Virus record (IMG/VR): IMGVR_UViG_3300020185_000190
Span: 1-29,371 of that record
DNA from: a virus
Lineage: Duplodnaviria > Caudoviricetes
Direction: 5' to 3' (one strand)
DNA: 29,371 nt
Both the position numbers and the translations under genes were made by a program. The notes beneath the pieces are model-generated. The model did not search any database. It was not told where the DNA came from and worked only from the letters and a program-made list of their open reading frames with translations. Below are positions 17,776 to 26,689 of the stretch, one piece after another (position 1 is the stretch's first letter; each line of letters begins with the position of its first letter).

Positions 17776-18012
17776 ATGAAACGTAAAAGTCTATTTGAAG
17801 AATTAAACAGCATATCTTATGACAAAGATAATAAACGTTTAGTTGAGCAAAAGGGTGAACATCTTATTGCTGGTGTAATACATCTGATGGAATTTATAGA
17901 GTTAAATTTTGATGAAGACACATCACATGATTTACAAAAGCGTTTAGTTAACAGTATTCGTACAAAAGATCCTCGGAAGTTTCGCCGTGGTATGAATAGT
18001 GTAGACAAATAA
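17776..18012 (+). CDS. Conserved late hypothetical protein
   Basis: 78 aa, GGAG RBS. Confidence 0.75.
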   Translation: MKRKSLFEELNSISYDKDNKRLVEQKGEHLIAGVIHLMEFIELNFDEDTSHDLQKRLVNSIRTKDPRKFRRGMNSVDK

Positions 18013-18230
18013 TGGATTATGAACAACAGTTAAATAAACTAAAAGTTTTAGCAGGCATATACAAACCGTATGATGTTTCTAAAGACCAGGAAAACATATC
18101 GCATACTGGGCAAGAAAAAGGTGAGTATCAAAAAAAGAACAATATTGAGCCAGGTACACCCGAGTGGTTTAAGTTGTGGTTTTCTAGACCTCAACTTACG
18201 GGCGAGAATCCATTTGGGGATAAAAAATGA
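18012..18230 (+). CDS. Hypothetical protein
   Basis: LKVLAGI motif; IEPGTPEWFKLWF; overlaps at both ends. Confidence 0.7.
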   Translation: MDYEQQLNKLKVLAGIYKPYDVSKDQENISHTGQEKGEYQKKNNIEPGTPEWFKLWFSRPQLTGENPFGDKK

Positions 18231-20275
18231 AAATATCAGACATAATTTTAAATCAGGGAATTGAACGTCGATTTAGAGGTCCAAGAAAGCCACGCTTAAA
18301 ACAAGTTGGTCTACATAATCGTATGAAGAACTTACTTGATGATACACAAATTAACGAAGGTGGAAAAATGCCTGGCGTTGGTGTTATTCATCATTCTGAA
18401 ATTGCTCCTACATTAAAAAAATTAGAAAAAGAATTAGGTATACCATTATTATCTAATGCACTAGGCAGTGTTGGCAAAAAAGAATTCTCTGGTGACATTG
18501 ATATTGCAGTGCAATTAGACAGTGATAAACGTGATGAATTTGAAAAAAGATTACAGGCTTCGTCAATAATACAAGATATAAGAAAATCAAGTGTGTTTAT
18601 GACCGTAGTAGATATTGTTGGCTTTGATGCTAACAAAAAAGATGGAGACAAACCACGCACAGGCAAAGTACAAATTGACTTTATGCCAGGTGATGTAGAT
18701 TTTATGAAGAATTATTATCATTCACCTCACTCAAAATCAATGAGTAAGGACGGCAAACATAGTAATTACAAAGGTGTTCATCGTAATATTATGATAGCAT
18801 CTATTGCCGGTGTGTTAGATGTCGTGGCAAGTAATGATAAAACTAGTGATGGTAGACCTCTAGAACTAGAGCGTTGGATGTTTTCCCCTACCGATGGCAT
18901 GGTGCGTGTAGTACGCAGACCAGTTAAAAAGAAAAATGGATTGGGATATACAAAAGCAAATAAGAATGAAGTCATTAAAGGACCATTCAAAAGTCCTAAC
19001 GACTGGGCCAAGATACTAAAATTAGATAGTGTTGATGATTTGTATAGTTTTGAAACGTTATACGCTGCAATTAAAAAGAATTATCCTTCTAATATAGCCG
19101 CAGATATTTTTAAAAATTATAAAGATAATCCAAGTATACAAAATGCTGGTGTTCCAACTGAGTTAGGTGAAGGGGCTAAATCTTCGTTACGTGAATCAGA
19201 TGCACGTATTCAACACGTTGAAGACTTTGCTATTTGGCATGGTTCAAAAGGTGTTGCAAAATCGATTGAAACATTAAAGAATTTAGAGAAATCTCCTGAA
19301 AATGTTACTGTTAAATGGGATGGTTCGCCTGCAGTAATCTTTGGTCGCAATGAGAATGGTGAATTTGTATTAACAGACAAGAGTGGCTTTGGTGCAAAAG
19401 GATATGATGGGAAAGTAACAAGTAAAAACGATATGGCATCAATGTTTTTAAGACGAGGCAAAGAAGCGCCAGATGCTAATCGTAAGGCATTTGTAAAACA
19501 AATGACAAGCATATGGGATATATATGAAGCAGCAACGCCAGAAAACTTTAGAGGTTATGTTCATGGCGACTTATTATATTTTACAAAACCAGGTTTTGAA
19601 GATGGACATTTTGTTTTTACACCAAATACGGTAACGTATCGTGTTCGTGGCAATAGTGATATTGGCAAACAAATATCAAAAAGTCAATCAGGTGTAGTGT
19701 TACATGCTAAGATTGAACTAGACGGAACAAAAAGTAAAGTAGATACATCAGAGTTAAACTCAGGTAATCTTCTTATCATGCCACCGGTGATACTCACAAA
19801 GGGACCAAGAGTACAGGCAGATGATTTGGACAAAGTAGCAAGCATTGCAAATTCCAGTGCCAATAAGATAGATATGTTGTTAGATGATAATTTTTTAAAA
19901 TCAAACAAGTTATCAAGTTTCAAAAATGCACTTTATACATACGTCAATAATATGACAAAAGCACGTAAGTTAGATAACTTAACAGGTGATTGGTCAAAAT
20001 GGATAGCAACTGCTAAAATGTCTGAACAGATGAAAGATAGAATGAACAATCATGTAAATAACAATGCTGAAGGAATGAAGGCATTATTTACAGTAATAAT
20101 GGGTATTATGAAAGTAAAAAATGATATAATTGCACAATTAGATGCAAGTGACGCAGATGTAGAGGCATATACGAATGGACAGCGAGGTGGTGAAGGCTAC
20201 GTTATTGGCCAGGGTGATAGTAAATTAGTTAATCGCAGTGGTTTTAGTGCTGCAAACATGACAAAAGAAAGATAA
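18227..20275 (+). CDS. Two-domain protein: Pol-beta-type nucleotidyltransferase plus RNA/DNA-ligase-like domain
   Basis: LGSVGKKEFSGDIDIAV and VQIDF; TVKWDG, VHGDLLY, GGEGYV, SKLVNR. Confidence 0.7.
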   Translation: MKISDIILNQGIERRFRGPRKPRLKQVGLHNRMKNLLDDTQINEGGKMPGVGVIHHSEIAPTLKKLEKELGIPLLSNALGSVGKKEFSGDIDIAVQLDSDKRDEFEKRLQASSIIQDIRKSSVFMTVVDIVGFDANKKDGDKPRTGKVQIDFMPGDVDFMKNYYHSPHSKSMSKDGKHSNYKGVHRNIMIASIAGVLDVVASNDKTSDGRPLELERWMFSPTDGMVRVVRRPVKKKNGLGYTKANKNEVIKGPFKSPNDWAKILKLDSVDDLYSFETLYAAIKKNYPSNIAADIFKNYKDNPSIQNAGVPTELGEGAKSSLRESDARIQHVEDFAIWHGSKGVAKSIETLKNLEKSPENVTVKWDGSPAVIFGRNENGEFVLTDKSGFGAKGYDGKVTSKNDMASMFLRRGKEAPDANRKAFVKQMTSIWDIYEAATPENFRGYVHGDLLYFTKPGFEDGHFVFTPNTVTYRVRGNSDIGKQISKSQSGVVLHAKIELDGTKSKVDTSELNSGNLLIMPPVILTKGPRVQADDLDKVASIANSSANKIDMLLDDNFLKSNKLSSFKNALYTYVNNMTKARKLDNLTGDWSKWIATAKMSEQMKDRMNNHVNNNAEGMKALFTVIMGIMKVKNDIIAQLDASDADVEAYTNGQRGGEGYVIGQGDSKLVNRSGFSAANMTKER

Positions 20276-20279
20276 TATA

Positions 20280-20474
20280 ATGTTTAGTAAAAAATGCAAA
20301 GAACATTTAGAAAGTGTAAATGAAAGTGGATTTCAACATATGGCTACTGCACTAAGTACTGCAGTGAAATTGCAATTATTAGTGCCAGCATTATTAATAC
20401 ATAGTGTGGCACCACGATGCTTTACGAATACCGCAACAAATGTCATGAAGGATATACTAGATAAAAGGAAATAA
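20280..20474 (+). CDS. Small protein, DUF6356-like
   Basis: HLESVNES.FQHM..A...LIHSVAP..FTNTA pattern. Confidence 0.6.
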   Translation: MFSKKCKEHLESVNESGFQHMATALSTAVKLQLLVPALLIHSVAPRCFTNTATNVMKDILDKRK

Positions 20475-20477
20475 AGC

Positions 20478-21335
20478 ATGGCAGATGATAACAAATATAC
20501 AGCAAGTCAATGGGCAGCAATTTATGGTGGCCATGATCCAGAACAAATCAACGATAGTATGAATTTGAAATTATTAAATGAATTATCTGAAAGTAGATTA
20601 TTCAGAACTAAGAATATTGCTGCAAGTGTAGATTTAGATGATGCAGCAAATCTCGCATTTATGTATTTAATGGTACTTAATATTTTTAATAAAGATTATG
20701 ATTATTCGCCATTGGCATCAGAATATGCAGCCCGTAGTATTACGTTTAGAAATTTTGATACGTTTAGAACTAGTGGCACTGATTTATATATTTCATTAAA
20801 TCGATTAATGGGCAAAGATCAAAAGTATACAAATGATAAAGATATTATTGCGAAGAAACGAATTTCGCCTAATAAAACAGATATACTACAATATCTTACA
20901 CATATAGGAAATAATAAATCAAATTCTGCATATGAACAAAAGATGCTTTTAAGATTTCAGCGTCAGTTTAATATACAAGACAGTATGCTCAAATCGATGC
21001 GCCGTTTGGTTGGTGATTGGGAAAACTTAAATCAAAATCAAAGATCATTACTTGTAACTCGAAGTGTACAATTTATGCGTTCAAAGGCACCAAGAAGTGA
21101 AATGATGAAGCCTTTAATGTCTTTTCAGAAACGTGGTAATTATATTGTCAATGACAAAAATGATAAAAAGAAAAAGATATGGAATAAACCAATAGTAAAA
21201 GCTGCCGCTGCGATTGGTGGTATATATGCCTTATCAAAGGGCGCAGATGCATTAGGAAAACGCATGGGAAATACATCATATCAATCACCTGACAAATCTG
21301 GACTAAGAAAATTTCAGCCTAGGAATAAACAATAA
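20478..21335 (+). CDS. Hypothetical protein, probably virion-associated
   Basis: 285 aa; ELSESRLFR motif; AGGA RBS. Confidence 0.7.
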   Translation: MADDNKYTASQWAAIYGGHDPEQINDSMNLKLLNELSESRLFRTKNIAASVDLDDAANLAFMYLMVLNIFNKDYDYSPLASEYAARSITFRNFDTFRTSGTDLYISLNRLMGKDQKYTNDKDIIAKKRISPNKTDILQYLTHIGNNKSNSAYEQKMLLRFQRQFNIQDSMLKSMRRLVGDWENLNQNQRSLLVTRSVQFMRSKAPRSEMMKPLMSFQKRGNYIVNDKNDKKKKIWNKPIVKAAAAIGGIYALSKGADALGKRMGNTSYQSPDKSGLRKFQPRNKQ

Positions 21336-21355
21336 CATATTTGTTGGCTAGAAAT

Positions 21356-21363
21356 GATAAATA
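21356..21363 (+). promoter_or_regulatory. Late promoter motif GATAAATA
   Basis: Intergenic, upstream of 21412. Confidence 0.7.
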
Positions 21364-21411
21364 AAAGTATAGAGATGATAAAGTCTCAACAAATTTTAAT
21401 GGAGAAATAAA

Positions 21412-21663
21412 ATGGTAGCAAAAGTACATGAATCATATGACGCAGGTCAATTCCTAACAGGATCACTAGTACACTTCACAATTGCACACACATCAGCAGT
21501 AGACATGAAATTAGTTGTCGAAACAGTTGGTATGAGAGCAACAGTTGTAATTCTAGGTGCAGGCGGCGAACGTGTTGCAGTTGAAAACAACGGCGCATGG
21601 GATGCAGCAGACCTACAAGCAGCACTAGGTGCAGGTTATACAGTAACAGACTTTGATTACTAA
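21412..21663 (+). CDS. Small probable virion protein
   Basis: Own late promoter, GGAG RBS and terminator; Ala/Gly/Val-rich. Confidence 0.75.
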   Translation: MVAKVHESYDAGQFLTGSLVHFTIAHTSAVDMKLVVETVGMRATVVILGAGGERVAVENNGAWDAADLQAALGAGYTVTDFDY

Positions 21664-21689
21664 TACATAACCTCTATCTATTAGAGTAT

Positions 21690-21719
21690 AAAGACCCGGC
21701 TATGCTGGGTCTTTTTTTT
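21690..21719 (+). terminator. Rho-independent terminator
   Basis: AAAGACCCGGC-TAT-GCTGGGTCTTTTTTTT. Confidence 0.85.
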
Positions 21720-21742
21720 GTTTTTAATTATCATCAGATATT

Positions 21743-21750
21743 GATAAATA
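21743..21750 (+). promoter_or_regulatory. Late promoter motif GATAAATA
   Basis: Intergenic, upstream of 21780. Confidence 0.7.
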
Positions 21751-21779
21751 CTCACATACACCATAATGGAGAAAATAAT

Positions 21780-22169
21780 ATGGCAAGAATACACGGTGCA
21801 GCAGGTTCAAGTGAAAATCTATCAGGTAACTTGAATTTTTATACAATATATGTAAAAACATTAGACATCACCTCAACCGGTGATATCTTAGATCAGTCAC
21901 AACAAAATTTTGATGATGTTTGTAATCTAATCAATCTGGTGGCACAACCTGTAATTATGAATAGTCCTATTCCAGTATCACTTACTGGTCTAGCACCGAC
22001 ACTAACTGGTAATGGTATGATTTTTAAATTTGCGGTAGAGCATGGGCAAGCATTTCAACGTAGTGGCGATAATGTCGCATTACTTAAAGAAATATTCTAC
22101 GGTGTAGATATTGATGGTGTGCCAATTGATCCTATCACAATGGAATTTGAGATGTCAGAACTACTATAA
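21780..22169 (+). CDS. Probable virion protein, paralog of 21412
   Basis: Start corrected to 21780 (GGAG RBS); MARIHG...LSGNLNFYTI. Confidence 0.75.
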   Translation: MARIHGAAGSSENLSGNLNFYTIYVKTLDITSTGDILDQSQQNFDDVCNLINLVAQPVIMNSPIPVSLTGLAPTLTGNGMIFKFAVEHGQAFQRSGDNVALLKEIFYGVDIDGVPIDPITMEFEMSELL

Positions 22170-22269
22170 ATCTACATTCTATTGAGCGCCCACTACATAG
22201 TATGGTCTTGGAATCATTCGCATAATGAAATAGAATGTGGAGATACCCCATTAAGCAGTGAATGTAAAG

Positions 22270-22298
22270 AAAAAACCCAGTTTTTACTGGGTTTTTTT
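22270..22298. terminator. Rho-independent terminator, potentially bidirectional
   Basis: AAAAAACCCAGT-TTTT-ACTGGGTTTTTTT. Confidence 0.85.
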
Positions 22299-22327
22299 AT
22301 ATGTGGATAATTCTTCTAAACTAAAAT

Positions 22328-22335
22328 GATAAATA
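22328..22335 (+). promoter_or_regulatory. Late promoter motif GATAAATA
   Basis: Intergenic, upstream of 22362. Confidence 0.7.
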
Positions 22336-22361
22336 CATATAACATTTAGTGGAGAAGAACG

Positions 22362-22610
22362 ATGTCTATAAATGAACCGCAATTAGCAGCACTTGAGATG
22401 CAGAGTTTAGAAACTCATGTAGCAGTTAATCATGAACGATTTAAGAAATTAGATGATTCAATCAGGCGGTTAGAAACATTAGTAGAACGTCAAACATTAG
22501 ATACAAAGGAACAATTTACAGAATTAAAAAAGATAGTTGTTTGGGCAAGTTCAACATTATTTGGTACATTGCTAATTGCACTATTGACTTCTGTGTTTAA
22601 GGTGATATAA
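22362..22610 (+). CDS. Coiled-coil protein with a C-terminal TM helix (XhlA/holin-like architecture)
   Basis: LETHVAVNHERFKKL coiled coil, then IVVWASSTLFGTLLIALL. Confidence 0.65.
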   Translation: MSINEPQLAALEMQSLETHVAVNHERFKKLDDSIRRLETLVERQTLDTKEQFTELKKIVVWASSTLFGTLLIALLTSVFKVI

Positions 22611-22894
22611 TGATAATAGAAGAGATTATAACGCCAAAAGAAGAGTTTTATGAAGCAAAACTTGTTTATGCCCGTAGTGGTAAAAAAGTGGTACGTAAAT
22701 ATCGTTGTTCATCAGGTAGATTAAAAGGCAAAACTGTTAAAAATCCATCTGCATGTTTTAAACCTGTAGATGTAAAGAAACGTTTCACACTTGCAAAAAC
22801 TAAAGCAAAAATGGGTACACGGATGTCCCGAAAATCAAAAATGACTAAGAGAATGAATCCAGCGAGTAAACGATTAAAAATGTTAAATAGGTAG
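22610..22894 (+). CDS. Highly basic small protein with an acidic leader (possible head core protein)
   Basis: MIIEEIITPKEEFYE followed by a K/R-rich body. Confidence 0.7.
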   Translation: MIIEEIITPKEEFYEAKLVYARSGKKVVRKYRCSSGRLKGKTVKNPSACFKPVDVKKRFTLAKTKAKMGTRMSRKSKMTKRMNPASKRLKMLNR

Positions 22895-22901
22895 AAAAAT
22901 A

Positions 22902-23441
22902 ATGGGATTAAAAAATGATATAGAAAATGCGATGGTCACTGAAACTTATAATACTAAGTTGACTAATATTGCAGATTTAGTTGGTGCAAATGATTCCGAC
23001 GTTAAAGATAGAATGAAAACCCTTGACTTTGGTAACTATGTGAATTTAATGAGAGCATTGCGTGATCAAGATTCAGACACTGCAAAAGAAATATTGGGAT
23101 TTAGCGTCGAAGAGGCATATTCAACTGGTAGTACATTATCGCCGGGCGAAATGCGTGGACAGAAAGCACAATCTTCAGCGTCAGCCCCTGCAGCCGGTGC
23201 ACAAACAGATAACGCCACGATGAGCAAGAAAGCAGCAGCAATGCAGCGTCTGGGCAAAAAGAATTTAGGTGGAGTAACTGGACAACAAGCGGCATCTGCA
23301 TTAGATAAAGCAGAACAAGGAAAAGCCTTAACACCAATGCAACGGAAAGCAATGGCAGCACAGGCATCATCGGTAGATAAATTAGCAAGTGATCCAAAGA
23401 CTGCCCAGCAATTTAGAAGTCTATTAAATAAACTAAAATAA
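22902..23441 (+). CDS. Hypothetical late protein
   Basis: 179 aa; Ala/Gln/Lys-rich C-terminus after VEEA. Confidence 0.7.
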   Translation: MGLKNDIENAMVTETYNTKLTNIADLVGANDSDVKDRMKTLDFGNYVNLMRALRDQDSDTAKEILGFSVEEAYSTGSTLSPGEMRGQKAQSSASAPAAGAQTDNATMSKKAAAMQRLGKKNLGGVTGQQAASALDKAEQGKALTPMQRKAMAAQASSVDKLASDPKTAQQFRSLLNKLK

Positions 23442-23466
23442 TCTCAGCCTATTTAAGGAGGTTAGC

Positions 23467-23661
23467 ATGAAATTACAAGAAGTATTAGGTGGTATATATG
23501 TGATGATCACCGAAGAAGAAAGTGATTTATTAGCAGAAATGTTTACTGAGAATGAATATGTTAATGAATCTCAATTGAGTGAACGTGCAGCATTAATTGC
23601 TGACAAACTAGTACATAAAGGTGTGCTAGTACCAACACTACGTGGATATAGAGTCAACTAA
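23467..23661 (+). CDS. Small hypothetical protein, possibly winged-helix
   Basis: AAGGAGG RBS; LSERAALIADKLVHKGVL. Confidence 0.7.
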   Translation: MKLQEVLGGIYVMITEEESDLLAEMFTENEYVNESQLSERAALIADKLVHKGVLVPTLRGYRVN

Positions 23662-23672
23662 CGGAGGATGTA

Positions 23673-24299
23673 ATGACAACACCTAGTAAACAAGATGTGA
23701 ATGCAATGTCAAATTTAATGAAGGCACTGAACGGTGACAAAACTGCATTAAAAGAACAGGTTGCCCATGAACAGCAAGTAATGGCTGACTCTGGTCATAT
23801 TGATGTATCACATGGAGTTAAAACTGCAGATATTAAAGCAATGGAAAATATTATGAACGCATTTAATAGTGCCAGTAACAATGTTAGTAAAAAAGTTGCA
23901 ACAACAATGAATGAGTCTACAAAGACACATAATGGTGTAAAAGTAGGAATGTTTTCTGTTGAAAAAAATGACAATGGTTACTATGATATTAGGGACAATC
24001 GTTCAGATGATACATTATTTGAGGAAATTTGTTTGTATGAAACTGCATATGTTATAACAAGACATTTGAATTCTGGAAAGAAAATAAACTCACCAGAATT
24101 AACAAAAATAATGGCAAGTAACGCAGTATTCGAAAAATTCTATTTTGATGCCATTCAGTATAAAGATACATATTCTAAAGCAAAGAAACGCAAGGATACT
24201 GGCAAGATGAATATTGCAGAAGCACGATTTACACGTGCTAAATCTGAGGCAGGAAGTGCAAAACGTAGTATAAAATCCATATATGAGTCGATTAAGTAA
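23673..24299 (+). CDS. Hypothetical late protein
   Basis: 208 aa, GGAGG RBS. Confidence 0.7.
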   Translation: MTTPSKQDVNAMSNLMKALNGDKTALKEQVAHEQQVMADSGHIDVSHGVKTADIKAMENIMNAFNSASNNVSKKVATTMNESTKTHNGVKVGMFSVEKNDNGYYDIRDNRSDDTLFEEICLYETAYVITRHLNSGKKINSPELTKIMASNAVFEKFYFDAIQYKDTYSKAKKRKDTGKMNIAEARFTRAKSEAGSAKRSIKSIYESIK

Positions 24300-24320
24300 A
24301 TTAGAAAATGAAACTAAAAA

Positions 24321-24328
24321 GATAAATA
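24321..24328 (+). promoter_or_regulatory. Late promoter motif GATAAATA
   Basis: Intergenic, upstream of 24362. Confidence 0.7.
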
Positions 24329-24361
24329 CATGATATAACTTTATGTATTGGGGCAAATACC

Positions 24362-25777
24362 ATGAGAAAAACAATTTTTTACAACTCTGACCCAGTTGCT
24401 ATCTCTTCAAAAATGAATGAGTATATGAAAAGCAACTTTGGTTATGAAGTAGATGGTGATCTTGAATCACTGAGAGAAGCGAAAGCACAATTAGAAGCAC
24501 AAAAGCGTGAAATGACTGCAGACCACCAGGATCGTGCATATGTTGAAAACATGCTTATGATTGAAACAATCAAATCACTATTGAAAGCACACGTTGCGGA
24601 AGGTGAATTACCAGCAGGTTTAAAAGCATATCAAGATGCAAAGAAAAAAGGCAAATCGCCGGCTAAGAAGAAAGCCAAACATGCGTCAAAAGCAGAAGAA
24701 ATGGGCGAGTCAGTAGATGAAGGCATCAAAGACACGGTGAAAGCAGCAGGTAAGAAAATCGGCAAAGCTACTAAAAAAGCTAAAAAGTTTTTCGGTCATG
24801 GTGAACACCCAGCATTTGGCGAATTTGATGACGATGAGTTTGATACAATGACAACTTACGAAGCATCAAAGGAAAATGCAATGAAAGCAGTATGTAAAGA
24901 TTGCGGTGATACCTTCGGCAAGCCAACAACTGATTGTAAAAATGATTGTAATGATCCTACACTAGATTGCTGGGTAAAAGAATCTTCATATATGAAAGAA
25001 GGTAAAAGTCCTCATAAAAAAGGTACCAAGAAATATAAAGCACATATGGCAGCAATGCATGCCGAAGGCAAAGAACGCACCGACGAAGTATTACCATTAG
25101 TGCCATTAGTTGGTATGGCAGCAAGAGCAGTTGGCGGCGCGGTTGCAAAAAAGGTTGGTAGTAAAGTTGCTGGCGCAGCAGCCAATGTTGCAACACGTGC
25201 AGTTGCTGCTAAAGCACTTGGCGGCAATAAAAATGAAAGCGATGCACCAAAAGTAAATACACAAAATGAATTTTCAAATACTTTCAACGGTCAAAAGGAA
25301 TATAAAATGTCAACTCAAAAAATTCAAGAAAACTTATTAGCAGAACTTAATACCTTGCTTGAGAGTGATGCAGCAGAAGCCGAAGTTTTGATGGCGGCGC
25401 GTGGCATGGTAGATGAACTACAGGATATGATTGAAAAATTAGGTAAATTACAAAATGATCAACTTGGACCACTATCAGATGAAATGGCATACTCACATGG
25501 TGCAGATCGTGCAACAGCATTCAAAGAGTCAGTGAATGATGCTATTTCTGGTCTATTGGGACAGGCACGTTCAACAAAAGATACTGTTAATGATGCAGTT
25601 CTAGTTCTTAATGGTGAAAAACCATCAAATGATATGGCAAGCGATATTGAAATCGGCGGCGATATGCAAGATGATTTTGAAGATGATGTTGAATTAGATG
25701 GCGATGCTTTTGCAGGTGGTGATGAAGCGGCATCTGGTCCGGATGATGAACCATTAGGCAGAACAAAGAGAACATAA
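24362..25777 (+). CDS. Probable prohead core/scaffold-like protein with a modular low-complexity middle
   Basis: Helical ends, many xxE|G/S/A sites, acidic tail ending EPLGRTKR. Confidence 0.6.
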   Translation: MRKTIFYNSDPVAISSKMNEYMKSNFGYEVDGDLESLREAKAQLEAQKREMTADHQDRAYVENMLMIETIKSLLKAHVAEGELPAGLKAYQDAKKKGKSPAKKKAKHASKAEEMGESVDEGIKDTVKAAGKKIGKATKKAKKFFGHGEHPAFGEFDDDEFDTMTTYEASKENAMKAVCKDCGDTFGKPTTDCKNDCNDPTLDCWVKESSYMKEGKSPHKKGTKKYKAHMAAMHAEGKERTDEVLPLVPLVGMAARAVGGAVAKKVGSKVAGAAANVATRAVAAKALGGNKNESDAPKVNTQNEFSNTFNGQKEYKMSTQKIQENLLAELNTLLESDAAEAEVLMAARGMVDELQDMIEKLGKLQNDQLGPLSDEMAYSHGADRATAFKESVNDAISGLLGQARSTKDTVNDAVLVLNGEKPSNDMASDIEIGGDMQDDFEDDVELDGDAFAGGDEAASGPDDEPLGRTKRT

Positions 25778-25778
25778 A

Positions 25779-26099
25779 ATGAAAATTTCTACACTTTTAA
25801 GCGAAAATGACAATTATAAGTCTCAACTTATGAATGATATTAATGTTTATCTTGTTCGCTTAAAAGCAAATGATATTAATAGTATAGGTACTGAAATAAT
25901 GGTACGCGAGTTAAATGATCTTGGCCATTCGATAACTATCGAAGGCTTAGTTGACTTACTTACAAATAGTAAATATGTTAATAGTGCGACTAATAGCAGT
26001 ATAGAATTAGAATTTGTCCCTACATCAGATAATGATGATAGTTCTAAAGAAGCTGTTAAAAAACTTGCTACGAAAGCAACATCAAGGAGAATAAAATAA
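25779..26099 (+). CDS. Hypothetical late protein
   Basis: Starts MKISTLLSE. Confidence 0.7.
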   Translation: MKISTLLSENDNYKSQLMNDINVYLVRLKANDINSIGTEIMVRELNDLGHSITIEGLVDLLTNSKYVNSATNSSIELEFVPTSDNDDSSKEAVKKLATKATSRRIK

Positions 26100-26593
26100 T
26101 GCCACTTATAATTAAAGGCGGTAAAGAGCCGAGAATAGTTTCTAAGAAAGAAATGAAGACCATAATTAAATCTATTGAAAGTAGTACATCAGAAGAAGTA
26201 TTAAAAACTTTATCTCCAGAGGTTGCAGAAAAACGCCGGGAGACTTTGGCAAATAAATCAGCAAGAAAAAATTCTGCACTTATGGCAGAGAAAAAGGCAG
26301 AAGCCGCGGCAGAAAAACTAAAAAAAGAAAAAGAACAAATTGAAATTGCAGTTTCTGAAAAAGTTAAAGACGCGGTAGTAGAAACCGTTGCTCCAATTAC
26401 AGTTGATACAAATGCATCTGTATCTGTAATAATTGAAACAAAAGAAGAAGTTTCAAATGAAAACACTGTTCCAGATTTTACTAAAATGACCAAAAAAGAA
26501 ATTGATATTTGGGCAGATGAAAACTTAGGAATTCAATTGGATCGTAGAAATACAAAAGATCGTATGATTGCTGATTTAAAACCGCATTTGTAA
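26099..26593 (+). CDS. Hypothetical protein with a C-terminal HeH/Rho-N-like motif
   Basis: DFTKMTKKEIDIWADENLGIQLDRRNTKDRMIADL. Confidence 0.65.
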   Translation: MPLIIKGGKEPRIVSKKEMKTIIKSIESSTSEEVLKTLSPEVAEKRRETLANKSARKNSALMAEKKAEAAAEKLKKEKEQIEIAVSEKVKDAVVETVAPITVDTNASVSVIIETKEEVSNENTVPDFTKMTKKEIDIWADENLGIQLDRRNTKDRMIADLKPHL

Positions 26594-26620
26594 TATTATT
26601 CAGTGAATTATAATTATTAT

Positions 26621-26653
26621 AAGAGCGTAAGATATAATATCTTGCGCTTTTTT
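26621..26653 (+). terminator. Rho-independent terminator
   Basis: AAGAGCGTAAGATA-loop-TATCTTGCGCTTTTTT. Confidence 0.8.
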
Positions 26654-26654
26654 C

Positions 26655-26683
26655 TTGACAAGTCTAAATTTATATGATAATAT
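26655..26683 (+). promoter_or_regulatory. Sigma70 promoter with extended -10, predicted leaderless for the exonuclease
   Basis: TTGACA-17-TAATAT preceded by TGn; ATG follows 6 nt later. Confidence 0.75.
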
Positions 26684-26689
26684 TACTCT

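Noticed and set aside
21702-21779. ORF-track start of the 155-aa ORF
   Set aside because: Begins inside a terminator and upstream of the late promoter; the RBS supports 21780.
22171-22241. Hammerhead ribozyme
   Set aside because: GAAA abuts the closing stem, but there is no CUGANGA core on either strand; kept only as a generic structured element.
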